DNA from: Lama guanicoe
Taxonomy: Eukaryota
Direction of reading: 5' to 3'
Assembly: GCA_013239625.1 (NCBI GenBank)
Contig: MU054187.1
Coordinates: forward strand, 12,866,974 to 12,930,973
DNA: 64,000 nucleotides
Part shown: positions 1 through 13,872 of the stretch, in pieces
Numbering within the stretch: position 1 is the stretch's first letter
Layout of the letters: the number at the start of each line of letters is the position of its first letter
Made by a program: the position numbers and the translations under genes
Notes under the pieces: model-generated
Database searches by the model: none
What the model saw: only the letters and a program-made list of their open reading frames with translations
What the model was told of the DNA's origin: nothing

Positions 1-599
1 GAACGGAGGTGTGGCTGGTAGCAGAGAAACCAGGCAAAGGAACGGGGAAATGGAGTGAGTGCACTGATGGGAGACACACGGTGAAGAGAGAATTCACACT
101 ACTCGGTGATGGGTCTGAGGCAGAGAACAGCAAATTAAATTTGGGTGAACTGGTTTGGGACAGGAGAATTTATGTGCTGATACTCAGATGGGATACGTAA
201 ATGGAGAGAGTCCATCAGGTAACTAGAGCCATGGGACTGGAAACAGAGCAAACACACAAATCTTAACAGAAATGATAGCTGAGACTGATGTGTATATGAT
301 TTAGTTGGTCAAGATTAGGTGTATATTGAGAGAAGTGGATTCTAAGACCTAAATCATAGGAAGTAGCACATGCTTTTGGGTCATTAGAACCAAAATGTTC
401 CGTGACTAATGGGAAAGTAATAACACATACTTTCTATTCCTCTTGCCCATACGTGCAGCTTTCCACATCCCATTCTGCCATCTTTCCTCCTTGTCTGGTA
501 TTTTGCATTGATCCCTTCTGCGTACACATAAGATTAATAATATAAAAAGCTGGGTGCATGGACGCTCACATATAATCTGAATTTTGCTGAATTGTTAAA

Positions 600-960
600 A
601 ATGTATTAACAAAATATTTCAAATACATAAAAGCACATAACCTTTGCCCCGACTATTGCACTTCTAGGAACTGATCCTACAGATACACTTGCCCCCACAT
701 GAACCACAATGACTGCTCACTGTAGAACTGTTTGTAATAGTAAGTGCTGGAAACCACCGAAATGTTCAGCCCCAAGGGACTCATTAAATTATAGCGCGTC
801 AACGTAACGGAATACGGATGCAGCCATTTGTGAGAAATTAGAGATGCAGAGTTGCAGGTACGGAAAAAAGTGAATAGTTACCATTTGTATAAAAAATAAA
901 GACTATATCTGTGCTTTCACATGCATATGTTCTCTCTAAGAAAATTTGCATATGGAGGTA
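600..960 (+). mobile_element. Old L1 (L1ME-like) 3' fragment
   Basis: ccttTGccccgactattgcacttctaggaactgatcctacagatacact...tgtttgtaatag resembles the old L1 ORF2-end/3'UTR consensus (recognised by eye; boundaries approximate). Confidence 0.6.
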
Positions 961-3900
961 CAGATAATTCCCAAATTGTAAATAAAGAGATACTCTAAGA
1001 ACTCATGGAGCTTTGCTCTTTGATTATTTGTATATCTGTCTCCCCTCTGGACAGAAGTGAGCTCTTTAAGTTGAATTTCATCTTCGTTCTTAAAGACCTG
1101 GCAGATAGTTTGTGCTCGTTAAGTTAAATGAATGTAATGGCTTTAGAATAATAAAGTTCTGTACTCAGTGTGAGTCATCCCTGTGTCTCACTTAAATCAA
1201 ACTAAAAGCAAAAACCTGCATTAAAAACGTCCTTTTCTAAACAGAAGAAGCTCTTATTTTTCTCCTGATTGAATTCAGAATCAAGCATTATTAATCAGAT
1301 TCTCAGCTTCATCTGGATTTTCAGCAAGTTTGGGAATGCACATTTAAAATGGACATATTTTTATGAAGCCTTTGTCATTATACAGAATAATGGATGCTTG
1401 CCATCCCCCTTCCCTCCATGTTACTCACAAGAGGTTCATTTTAAGTCGTTTTCTGAAAAGTAAATAAAGTAAGTTTCATTACAGAGTTATAAAACGAGGC
1501 CATTTCTACTCTGGAACCAAAAACTGTCAGCATGCATTTTTTTACTTACATTTTGATTTTTTAAAAATCACACATATATGCCTGGTTATTTTCACTTGAG
1601 GTAAGCTGTATTAGGGAAACAAAGAATTTGATGGTAAAAAAGAAAGCCTGGCAGATTTTGACAACAAAAGAGATACATGAAAGAAAGCTCTCTAGAGGCA
1701 GATGACTTGCTTCTTTGCACAGTCTAAGAGCAAAGAGGGGCTTGGAGATAACTCTTAAAAGAGATCTTTTTAGAATAATTTTTTTTAAACCAAAGTATTT
1801 CTAACCTTCTCTTTGAAGGGTTTTTTTTTTTAATAATATGAATTACAGAATTAGATGAAATTACTGATGAAACTCCTGGAACACTGGTAAAGAGAACCAG
1901 GGGGACAGAGCAGATTTCAGATGACCGAGACAAAACAGGTCACGGGCAGAGTACTTCCTGGTTTCCATTTCTGGGCTTAAGTACCTACCAGTAGCAGAAC
2001 ACTATTTAGGGAGAGGAAAGACATCTCAGCAGGAAAGAGAGTTTTGTACTAGAGTTTTAAAAGGTGACAGGAAACTAAGAGACAAGCTAAATGGTTAAAA
2101 CTGATTTAGAAGAAATGCAAAAGGTTTTGGTTTTGTGAAACATTTTTGTGCTCAAACTTGCAGAACTCCACTAGTTACTAGTTCTTTGGTAGCTTTTAAT
2201 TTAATAATCTGAAATGCTTGCAAACTACATGATATACTAGAATGATTTATCTTTAAAATTTTAATCATGAATGTAAAATTAGAACGAAACACTGCACACT
2301 TTATTCTAACAATTTAAAAAAATCATTAAAATTCCTTTTTTAATAAATAAATCATTAAGATATGAAAATAAAGTTTATAATTTGAAGGAACTTTGTGCTA
2401 AATCTCATAATTGGCTTTAAATCCTAGTTTGGCCAATTTCTAGCTGTGTGATCTTGTATTCACCTTCCTGTGCCTCAGTTTTCTCGTTTATAAAGTGGAT
2501 CTAAGGACTCCTCATAAAATTTTTGGTGAAGATTTAATGAGATGATGGATACAAAGTGCCTAAAAGAGGGTCTGGGACATGATGAGGACTTTAAAATTGA
2601 CAGTAATTCTTGATACTTACTATTATGATTATGAATCCTTCTATAACCTGACCATCTCTTTATTTCTCTAGCTTGAATTTTCACAGAGTTTTTAAAATGT
2701 GACACTAAATTGTAGTCTTTCCCCTGAATTAAATACTTAAATACTTCCCCTAAATTAAATATTCTCTATTTCTATGCAAAACTCCACACATTAAAGATAC
2801 TCATTATTTACTGTGAATTATTAGATTCTTGTCTCTTAACTTATGCACAAAGTAACCTAGAAAGGCTAGACAGAATTTAAGAAAGAAATGGTCACTTTGT
2901 CACTCTAGATGGATGACATCTGAATCTTATGCACTATTAATAGGCATCTGCATCTTCTGAAAACTCTGTACACTTTACAAACATACAAAAATCTCTTACA
3001 ACTCCTAGTCACAGTTTCATTAGAGTTCCCACGCCTACCTCTCAAGCTGCAGAGTTTGTAACAGATGGTACAGGACTCATCACATACACTTATCCCAAGA
3101 AATTACAACCGAAAGTTGAAGCTACAAGTATTCATGCACGGTCCAGAAATTTAAAGAGGGTGTTCTTTGCACGCAGCTGCCTAATTCTTTTTGTATAAAT
3201 GTGTGTGTTTGTCCTGAATAAAAATAACATGTCCAAAGAAAGACAGTGGAAACAGTTTTAACTATTCCTCAAAGGGAGCAAATACTCTTAGTTCTATTAC
3301 TGCTTTCAATTCTAACCTCAAGCCAAGAATTCCTTTACATTTTCCTTGTTGTGTTCACCCATGCACACATCTAAAAAACATACTTCTCAGAAAGGTATAG
3401 GGTAAGACTCACTCACAGAAACCTTGATGGGGGCCCAAAAGATTTTGTGTTCCTTGCATTTTAAGTGGTGACTTAAATGACTTTCATAAACATTCGTCTG
3501 TCTACCGCAAGCTAGAAAGCCACCTTCTGGCAACTTTCTCTTGAAATTCAATCTTTCTGGGGAACACTAGATGGAGAAGGACCAGCCTGGAGGGCAGATT
3601 CACACCTTGGCCCTGGGCCATATTGGCATGAAATGCTCCTCTTCAGTTCTACAGAGCTCAGAGGTGTAAATCTATTCCATGTTCCCCTACCCACCAGAAG
3701 GTCCTGTCTAGAAACGGCATGGGGATTCCAGAGGCTTTCTCAGGAAAAAGACTTGAGTCTGGATTTCCACCAAATATTCTCTTTAACTCTCCAAGGTTGA
3801 GTTTTGGGTATTCTATTTAGTCTGGGAAAGACTTCTTTTTATGAAGACAGCCCAGAGGGCTAACAGAGGTACCCAATGGCAATGGCGGTGGCCACTGGTG

Positions 3901-4559
3901 AAGATGGAACACAGAATTAGTGCTGAGATGGCAAACACTGCTTAACATCAGGCTTTAAGAAAGTGTGTGTGGGTTTCCGACAGCACCCGTCACACTTGGG
4001 GAGACTAACCATGGGCACATCATGCATCTATGTGTGTAAGTGAAATAATCTATTATTTACAGAACTAGGTAGGGTCAGCTTCTGTGCTTCTGTTGGCATT
4101 TAGAGGCACTGAGGTGAATGAAGTTTTCTTTAGATTCTGTAAGGAGGCTGGCCACTTGTCACCCTTAATGCTACATCTATGGTCTGGTGACTTTATGTGC
4201 CATTTCTGGTATATACTGGGCTATTCCAGAAGAGTTGAATTGTTGCCTCCGTTATGGAAAGATACAGTGATTTCTATGAGTGAGTGTGTAAGGAAGAGAA
4301 GAAAAAATTATCCTAATGGCTAATCTCATAAAATATTTAATGATCTTCAATTTAAGAAATATTTAGAGCATGACTGTGCCAAGATTTAGGGATTTGTGGG
4401 GGAAAAAAATTGAAGACAGAGTCTCAACAATGAAGCAAAATAAGGTCCCTGCCTCTCAGGAGCACACATGTCACTGCTGAAACAGACACATACACAAATA
4501 ATTAATAATAATGTCCACCACTTGCTGCCTACTTCCTACCTATCAGGCTCTGTTTTATA

Positions 4560-4730
4560 TCTTAACTAACTCCAATCTTTAAACTAGCCCAATGCACTAG
4601 GTGCTGTTATTCGGCCCATCTGCAGACAAGGAGAGAGGAAGAGACGGGTAAAGCAACTTGTTCAAAATCACAGAACTGGTAGATGGTAAAGCTGGAATTC
4701 AGACCAGGCTGTCTGGCTCAAGTGTGCAAG
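4560..4730 (-). mobile_element. MIR SINE fragment
   Basis: cccatctgcagacaagga...aagcaacttgttcaaaatcacagaactggtagatggtaaagctggaattcagaccagg is a MIR-core-like sequence. Confidence 0.6.
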
Positions 4731-5712
4731 TTACTTACAACAGCTTCTCCAATTAAAGTAGGAGTGGTGCTCCTGCAGCTGAGTTCTCACAAACGAGGGA
4801 GATAGAAAAGGTGGTACAGAAACTGGATTTCGAAAAATGAGTAAGACAATGACAGTAGGGCATTGGAGGAAGGATCATGCTCAGCAGGGACGAAGTGCTG
4901 GGCATGGCCAGAGGGAGGTAAGCAGACGAGTGTGGCTCCCGCGAAAGGTGCAGGAGTGAAGGCGCCGAAAGGCAGGCTGTTACTAGACTGTGAAGACCCT
5001 GAGTGCCAGGCTAAGGAATGTGGTCCTCTCTTCCTTCCCCTCTTTTTAAAATGCAACAAAGGACATTAACAAGAAAGCTTTTTAAGGGAAGTGACAGAAT
5101 TACACTTGTGCAGATACAGAAGAATAGAAAGAAGTATTTGGGCAAATTGGGAGTCATGGGACCTACGGTTGGGTCTGCTCCCTTCCTCCTCTCTGAGCAT
5201 CCCCAAAGAGGCAAGGCACTGACCTCGTGATCAAAAGAAGGCACCATACTCTAGGGTAGAAAATAGTTTTGCAAGCCAGCTCTGACCAGCTGGTAATTTT
5301 TCTGACTTGATGTTTGCAAGGCTACATGCAGGGTCAGGTAATACAGGTTTAATCACCTGGTGATGTCTGCTATGAGCAGCACTCGGGCAGGGAGGGCCAA
5401 GCTGGCATGAGCAGACATGTGTGCTGTCTCTGTTCTGGATGATGGCCACAGAGCTAAGTCTCCTTTCTGTCCCCAAGTCTACATCCTATGAAGACCAACC
5501 ACCTGTGACCCTTGAGCTTCTGTCTGTCACTCTTCAAAAAGATCACTTGATCTTGATTTAAATCTACCCTGCCATTTGTCAGTGCTTACAGTTCTAAACA
5601 CATTCATGATCTGTTGCGGAGAAATGGAACTTACTTAAATGATCCAGGTGGGAGAATTCTGAGGACTAAGAAAAATGCAGCAGCACAGGACGCACCAATG
5701 AGGTACACTCAC

Positions 5713-5813
5713 CTTTTTTGCTCCTTGTTCCTCTTCCACACCGTCTCCTATAACGACGTACACCACTTTTCTTCCAAACCTTTGAATTATCCTCTCAAAA
5801 CAGCTTTCCTTTC
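5713..5813 (-). CDS. EYA1: EYA1 coding exon (approx. exon 17), 101 bp, HAD motifs III/IV (K; GDGVEE)
   Basis: TCATTAG|GA acceptor and AAG|GTGAGT donor. Encodes (G)[33 protein letters not shown]. Confidence 0.97.
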
Positions 5814-8177
5814 CTAATGAACAAAAGCAAATGATCAAAAATGTAAAATCTGGGGACATCAGCACTCTAGGGATTGAACATTTTATATAAAATGCTTTCT
5901 CCATGCTCTGCATCTAACCCCATCATACTCATGCAAACTAGGTGGTTTTATGTGCCATTTGGGTCACATGTAGAACAGCACAGTACATCCCAAACTGAAC
6001 ATGAATCATCCATGTGGCATCCTGTCCTTTGGAAATGGACAATTTTAGTACATTTTCCCCAAAGACTCACTTATTAGAAAGTAGGACTGAAGTCAATCAC
6101 AGTTGCAGCGTTTGACAGCAGTCCTTTTCCCCTTACAAGCGAATTCTAAACAAAAGCTTGCCATTCTGGGCAACACATTTGAACTTGATTTAAAAACTAT
6201 TTCATGACACATCAAAGTCTGAAGATAATATCTGATCGAAAGGCTATTGAGAAGGATGGAAGAGACTGAAGGATTGGTTTTGTTATGGCAAGAGAAATCA
6301 CACAGGAGACTTAGCATCTCAACCAGAAAAGGATGGGATAAACTATCTGAATGAAAGGCTCCCAGGGCCCAATGGGTTCACATGAAATATTCTTGGAAAG
6401 CTGCTTCTGAAATAAATGTCAGGTAATTTGGGGCCCTACAAGAGACAGCACAGCATGCCTGCCTTGCCCAGGCATCGCACGTTCAATGAAGCACTTTCCA
6501 AAAGAAAGGCGGGATAAAGGTAAGAGAATGCCCTTCTCTATCTATGATCTTTCCCATGTCAAGACTCAGTTTGGGCTCCCGGGGCTGCTACGCCGTCAGC
6601 ACATCCACAGTTAATGCGGCCATTGTTTCTCGGGGCAGGAACTGGGTTCCAAGTCCGTGGCTGCCAGTAGGGTCATTTTAATGGACAATGGGACAGTTTA
6701 TAGTTTTCAAATGTGAATGGCTGAGCGGGGACTGCACCTCTTTCAAATAAGGATCAGATATACACATGAACAAATTGCTTGTTTGCTTAAACAAATGCCG
6801 GCTTTATATTTGTATTTTGCACTAAAATCTAGTTTGCATCTGACAGAACGAAACAGGGCCAGCCTTATTCAAAGGATGTAATTTCAATGATGCCTTAGTT
6901 GCCCACTAACCTGTAAAATATTAAATCAATTTAAGAAACAAATACAAAGGCTAGTTTTCACTGCCAAAACTATACAACCAAACACCTAGATGTCATGAAG
7001 CTCACCCCTACCCGCCGGCCCCGACCCTGCCTTAAAGGGAAAGGCCTGCGTGTTTCCGTAAAGTTTCCTTTTCATGGAAAAAGGAAGTTACTCTCAATGT
7101 TCCTTAAAAGTGAAGCTCTGGGGGACCAAAAAATCCTCATCTAAACACTGTCTCCTACAGGTTACATTGTGAATTTGGGGTCATGTCAACATTTTCCACA
7201 ACAAGGATTCACTGGCTGAAGCTGCCTTTTAGATAGACATTAATTTGAGGTCTTACATGAAGTTTTCATTTTGATGAATCCATTTTCTCTGAAAGAACAT
7301 CACAGCTCTGCTGAATCAGAGACCAGTCATCCCCTTTCCTGACTTTGCCATTTTGCCTACAAGGAAATTTCCTGGGTTTTTCTGCACTGATCCTCAAATT
7401 TTAACTCAGTTGATGGTAAAATCAGCAAAGAACTTACAGGACACTCAATCCCTACTCTTCTTATTAAGAAAAACCACAGAAAAAATGATTCTAGTGCTGG
7501 TTTTGAGATTGATTTTACCACCACACAGTTTTTAAATCTAATTTTTATTCTGTACTAAAAAAAAAAAAATTCAAGTCCAGTATTGCCCATTAAAAAAATA
7601 CCTTCTTGATTGTTATTGTAATTTCCTATTATCCTAACACTTTCACATTATTTGGGATTAAAGTTCAATGTGCATGTGATACACTATTTGTTCTTTCCTT
7701 CTGGGAAGTTAAGTACTATCCCTTGGGTATTATACACTTACTTGGAAATATGTTCTTTCTTTCATGTGCTGATAAGCCTGTACCTTGGATCTCTGTTTAA
7801 AAAATGTATGATTCCTCTTTATTGATATAGATAGAATAAAGAACTGAGCTGATGGAAACTGATGGCTAGTTTACAGGAGAACATAAAAAATTCTGGTTCT
7901 GTCAGGCTACTATGAATCTGTTTGGTATATTCCTTTTTTAAAATAAGTGCTTTCCAGTATTCTGTTCTTGGCCCTTCTCAGGAGGCTTCAGTCTTTCTCA
8001 GACTCCAACTATTTCCAAGTTGACAGGGCTATCTGAATATCCCATGGGTTCTTTAAACTCAACACGGGTAAGATCAAACCCTTATCTTTGCCATCAAACC
8101 TGATTCCCCCATCAGCGAATGGTGTCACTACTGACCCAGCTGTCTAAAAGAAACCTGTGTGTCAGCCTTTAAACAGC

Positions 8178-8350
8178 CATTTATTCATCTATTTCATTCA
8201 ACATTTATTGAGCACCTACTATGTGCTGGTCTCTGTAGGATGGGTGAGACACACAGACTCAGTTGTCAAGGAGATTATGAACAAATAACTAAAGTGATCT
8301 TTTTTTTTTTTTTTAGGGATGATTTAGTAAGTGCGTTGAAGGAGAAGCAC
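8178..8350 (-). mobile_element. L2 3' end fragment
   Basis: tcattcaacatttattgagcacctactatgtgctgg is the reverse complement of the L2 3' terminus. Confidence 0.7.
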
Positions 8351-9624
8351 AAAGCAGACAGAGAGATGGACCTACAGGGATTCCATTTCGCCCCTTTTTC
8401 TTTGGGCAGAAACAACCTTGTTCCCACCTCCCAGGACACTCACCCCCCTCTCCCAGGACTCACTCACGTAACACTCGTTTCATTAGAGTCACATACAAGG
8501 CGATTTCTGACTAGACCCAAGTCTGCCTTTCCAGTGTCAGCTTCCCATGAGCGCTGTTAGTCACCCAGGACGACTCACAAGTCCCTTGGGTCCCTCAGCA
8601 GGGACACATTTTAATTCCTCCGTCACTGTCTTCTCACTAGCCCATCTGCCGAGTAAACTCTAATTTACCCTTCTACATCCAGCTCACATGTCACGTCTTC
8701 CTTTAGCCTTCACTGACACCTGCCCTCTGCCTCCTTCTGGGTGGGAGCGGCTGCTCCCCCACTGAAGTGCACGTTCAGGCACATAGTGGTAGGACCTCTT
8801 AGGGTGTGGCAAGGAGCCTGCTGGAACCTGGACTCAGCTCTGCTTTGACCCCTCCACTTTATTTGCTGTTAACTTCAACAATCTACTTAAGTCTCTGAGC
8901 TTTAGTTTCCTCAACTGTAAAATGGGAAGGCTGCCAAGATTGACTTTAATATCTAAAATGCTTAGTACACTTCTGGGCATCTAGAGAGCACTTGATAAAT
9001 GCTCATTTACATATGGCTTTATCATTTTACAGTTATTTTGATGTCTGCATCCCCTGCTAGACTGTGAATTCCCTAAGAACAAGAGCCATGCTTTTTTTTT
9101 TTTAAATCCCTACTTTTATTTTGTCTTGGTTTATATTCCAACTAAATTTCACAATTATCTTTTTTCCAGATTACATTTCCTTCTTACAAGAATTTAATTA
9201 TTTTTTGGATCCCCATAACAAAAATGGGAACTCAGTTGTTTATACACGTTGAATTAAAGCAAAAAAAAATAGTTCTAGTAATGGTGTATTTAATTAGAGT
9301 TGTTTTGTTAAAGCTGTTACTAGAGTGCTTTCATTTCTACTTTGTGTATCTCTATACAACTATTTGTTTTAGTTTATAAAATATTTTTGTTGGTGTTGCC
9401 TAAAAGAATGAAAATAAGATAATAATCTAGAAGTGATGCTAAGTTGATTATAGCTAAAACATGTAGGTTTTAATTTTAGCCAGTACAGTAAAATCTTCTA
9501 AGTTTCACTGCATGGATTATGCTCTGTATTTCTCTTGATGCCTAAAGCCAATTTGGACAATAAAATTGGTTAAATTATTCTTCAAGTTTTCTGACATTTA
9601 GTATTCCAAAAAAAAAAAGTTCTA

Positions 9625-9849
<225 letters not shown>

Positions 9850-9926
9850 TCAAAAATCAACCTCCAAAATGAACAAGCAGAGCTCACTTTCGGGCAGACA
9901 GTGCGAAGCGGCCCGGGGAGGACTTA

Positions 9927-10073
<147 letters not shown>

Positions 10074-10972
10074 TTACCAGCGTGTCTCTTCAACTTTGTA
10101 AATAATAAGCATTTAAAACTACTCCACCACCACCCTCAAGCAGTGGAGTCTACTAAGCGATTTTTCACATGATCTCATTACTCGACAAACATTTATTTAG
10201 CACTGGGGGGAACATCTATTGTTTGAACATCCCTTCTGGCTATGGAAGTCTTCTTTTGTGGGGGCCTCCTCACCCCCAAACTCCTCCAGCCATGTAATCT
10301 GGGCAGAGCTGACCCTAGCCTCTGGCTCCCAGGGTAGGCGTATGGCCTTGGGGTGGCCAGTGAAAGTCTGTCTGAGAACTTCTGCTGAATCTATTGGGAA
10401 GGACATTTTTCCAGCCCATGGAGGTGCCTGACTGGTAGGTGATAAGTCTGGATCTCTCGGTGGTCATCTTTGCTACCTTTTGGGAGAAAGTGACTCCAAT
10501 GACTCGCACTCAGATGGGAAAGCGCAGGCCAGAGATTACCGATGGCATCATCTAAGCAGCTGGATTTCAGCCGCTCCAGAAACCACCCATCTGACACTTT
10601 TCATTAGGTCAATATATTCCTTTTTGTGCTAAAGCTATTTTCAGCCACAGTCAAAAGATCTAAACTCATAGAAGCATCTATCGCATAGAAAGAGCTTTAT
10701 AATTCATCTCAAGTCCTTTAGGCAAGAGGTCAAGAAACTTAATCCAGGTCACACCGTTACTAAGTAATGGAGCCAGGACTAGACCAGCCTGGCCAGGGCC
10801 ACGGCTGGAGTCTGATCTTTCTGTCACTAAGTCACAGCAGAATAAGCACAGGTTAGATGAAACTGCTCTCAACAAAGCTGTTCCATCCACAAACATATGA
10901 TGCAGAAGTGTGTGGGACTTGCAGTGTTTTATCGAGACTGTCTTAACCAACCCAGTGAGATACTGGGAGTCA

Positions 10973-11182
<210 letters not shown>

Positions 11183-11249
11183 TCATCTTAGTTAGCTGAG
11201 CAATTAAACTACAACATGGAGACCATCCCTTCATGGTCAGCGGGCTCAC

Positions 11250-11308
11250 CTTAGGTCCTGTCCATTGTCATCTGAAGAGACATCGTCTATATGAACTTGG
11301 TCACATTC
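11250..11308 (-). CDS. EYA1: EYA1 coding exon (approx. exon 13), 59 bp
   Basis: TTTTAG|GAA acceptor and AAG|GTGAGC donor. Encodes ECDQVHIDDVSSDDNGQDL(S). Confidence 0.97.
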
Positions 11309-11856
11309 CTAAAATGCAATTAAAATGATACATTAGTTTCCAAAAAGCATCTACATTTTTTTGGGAAAACAAAAAACAAGAAACCACACACATAGCTATT
11401 TTTAACTGTAACTGGAGTGTTTTCCAACCATGTCAATCAGTAGGTGGCAGTCTTGTTAAATTGACATTTTTACCTACTTCGGGTCCTTTTTCACTATAAG
11501 AAATGAGCATGTCATTAAGGACTACTGTTATTCAGCTTCAGAAAACACATTTTTGTGCTTAGAAGGGAAAGTGACTGAAAACAATCAGCATATATATCCC
11601 GTAAACCTCAGGTACCTGAAGACATCGCGCTGGTCTGAGAGCTGATTCAGTCAGTGCCGAAGCATAACTGAAAACAGACATTTCGGCAAATCTAACATGC
11701 TAGAAAAATTAAACCTGATGCTAACTGCCAATGAAATTATGACCTTTGATTGCTGTCGAGCCACACACCAACACAGCCCGAGGCCAGCGTGCGGAGGAGC
11801 CCGGACCAGAAAATCTGTTACTGGTTTGCCATTGATTTGAGAGATGCAGGTTTTAT

Positions 11857-11909
11857 TCTCTCTCTCTCGCTTTCTCTCTCTCTCTGTGTGTTTGTGTGTG
11901 TGTGTGTGT
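11857..11909. repeat. Compound (TC)n(TG)n microsatellite
   Basis: Directly visible. Confidence 0.9.
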
Positions 11910-13728
11910 AGGAAAAAAGCATGGGAGACGACTTCACAACCTAAATAAAAATAATCAAACATATTTTATTTATTTTTATCATTTTAAAAACTTTTTTACT
12001 CTTCTTTTTCCTGCTGTTTCACTATTATTACACACTCATTTAAATTACTGGATTTCTGAGTTGATTAGACAATAATGTGATTTGAACAGACCTGGTTTTT
12101 AAATCCCAAACTGCGGGTAAACTATTTAGAATAGAAGGTGTGATTGTGGGCTGAAGCCCCACTGGACAGTTTCACGGTTATGAACACGCGGACACAGAAG
12201 CACCCCACGTCTTACTGCTGTGTCCCCAGCCCTGAGCATCTTTATGGGAAGAGCAGACACTCTATAAACACTTGTTGAACAGACGAAAGCATACTAATGT
12301 GGAGACAAGGTCTCCAGTCCAGAAACAAGTAACACGCACTTGGCATGCGTGAATATTTTAGTCATGAGCCTTCTTTTTGCAGTCAGCCTCCAGACACCCC
12401 AGTGGGCTTTATGACACTTGTTTCCATGAAAAGTTTTAGTTAAAAAATATTCGAAGAAATTTGCAGGCCTGCATCCTGTATTGTAAAATGTTATTCTGAC
12501 TAAAGCTCTGGCCATCTTTACTCTGTAGTTCATTTTATAAAATCTAGCCTATCCCCTGAGTGCTTAACATGCAACTTGTAACAAAGATAACACAGGTAAA
12601 GCACCACCGTAATAAAAGGTGTATTTTTATTTTGTCGGTACCTTCTGAACAAATTCTTTTCTCTCCATGGATTTGCGAGGAAGGGAGCAGGAGATAGAAG
12701 TGGAAAGAAACTCAAACCAGCTGTTGCTTTAACAGAATTAAAATTGTGACCCCCCAACCTCTTCTCTAAAGCATCTATTTTCCAGCCAACCCTCTCCCAG
12801 CAAGCAGCAAGTTCCAAGGAGGAAAAGACTTTGACCTTGTAACCCTCCCCTGCTCTCCTGACGTCCATAACCCCAGATAAGTAAAAAGGAAGAGAAGTCC
12901 AGGAGGCCTCACAGGCGTTTAAAATACAGGTTATTCCTGGAAAACATGTTTGGGAATTTCTCAGTTATTAATTTAATCGTAATTCGGAAGATGAATGATA
13001 GTTGTGTCTTTTCAACAACGTACTTCTGGGTTTAAAAAATTACTAAATCCTAAGTTTCTATTCTAAGCCATTTACCTAGCCAGAAATACAAAAATGATGC
13101 TGTCGGTAAAAGGCTCTTTCGGGGTGCAGGGCTAGTGTACAATGCAAACAAATGCAAAAAAGCGTACCCCCTTCAAAGAAACAAAGCCACAGCACCACAG
13201 TGGAGGAGTTTCCTCTCTTGGGAGAAAGAACAGAGGGGACGAGGAAGCTGAGGAATTAGAAAAGATACATTAACAAGAATTTAATTCAAGGAATCAGAGC
13301 TGACCTAAAGTTGCGTGGTTAACTCTTGGGATGGGAAGAATTCTTTGGAAAAGCAAGGTGTTAAGAGGCTTTTCTTAAGCTGATGCAGTCGATAATCTCC
13401 ATCACTAACAGCGAAGCCTTATCTTCTCAGGGCTGGGGATGACTCCAGGCTTCCTATTGTCCGGCCACATCCGGTATTTGTTTTCTCCTGCCAGCTTTAG
13501 CTAAGGCTTTTTGCTCCCAGGCTGAGGTCCTCATTTGAAGTATTGTTCAGTATCTCGGTTTGCTCTAATTAAGGATCAACAGCTTCTAGCTTTTACCTGC
13601 AGATACCAAACTCACTTCACAGTGATCTGATTAAAGTGAAGTTTGGTGTGGTGGCCACAAGGAAATCCTCCCTCCCTCCTCTTCAGCAGAATTTTTGTAG
13701 AACGATTTATTTAAAGCTTTTTAAAAAA

Positions 13729-13756
13729 TTATTTTTTTGTGGGGGGAGGTAATTAG

Positions 13757-13790
<34 letters not shown>

Positions 13791-13872
13791 TTTTTTAATG
13801 GAGGTACTGGGGATTGAACCCAGGACCTCATGCACGCTAAGCACACACTACCACTGAGCTATACCCTCCTCC
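13729..13872 (-). mobile_element. tRNA-derived SINE resembling camelid vic-1, with internal (CA)n
   Basis: Minus strand reads GGAGGAGGGTATAGCTCAGTGGTAG...CATGAGGTCCTGGGTTCAATCCCCAGTACCTCCATTAAAA (Pol III A and B boxes), then (CA)n, CCTAATTACCTCCCCCC and an A-rich tail. Confidence 0.8.

Noticed and set aside
2719..2765. Short tandem duplications here and at about 8428-8467, 29242-29271 and 42676-42700
   Set aside because: Ordinary slippage duplications with no spacer structure; not CRISPR-like.
4925..4980. GCCGAAAGGC GNRA hairpin suggestive of a hammerhead stem II
   Set aside because: No adjacent CUGANGA and GAAA core with the required stems. CTGATGA hits elsewhere (about 1864, 19653, 32114, 47456, 60104) also lack the fold.
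1..5712. Search for the EYA1 terminal exon (HAMPFWRISSHSDL...)
   Set aside because: No matching sequence found by eye; it presumably lies beyond the left end of the window.
13800..13872. tRNA-like sequence
   Set aside because: It is the head of a SINE: it lacks a proper acceptor stem and continues into a SINE tail.
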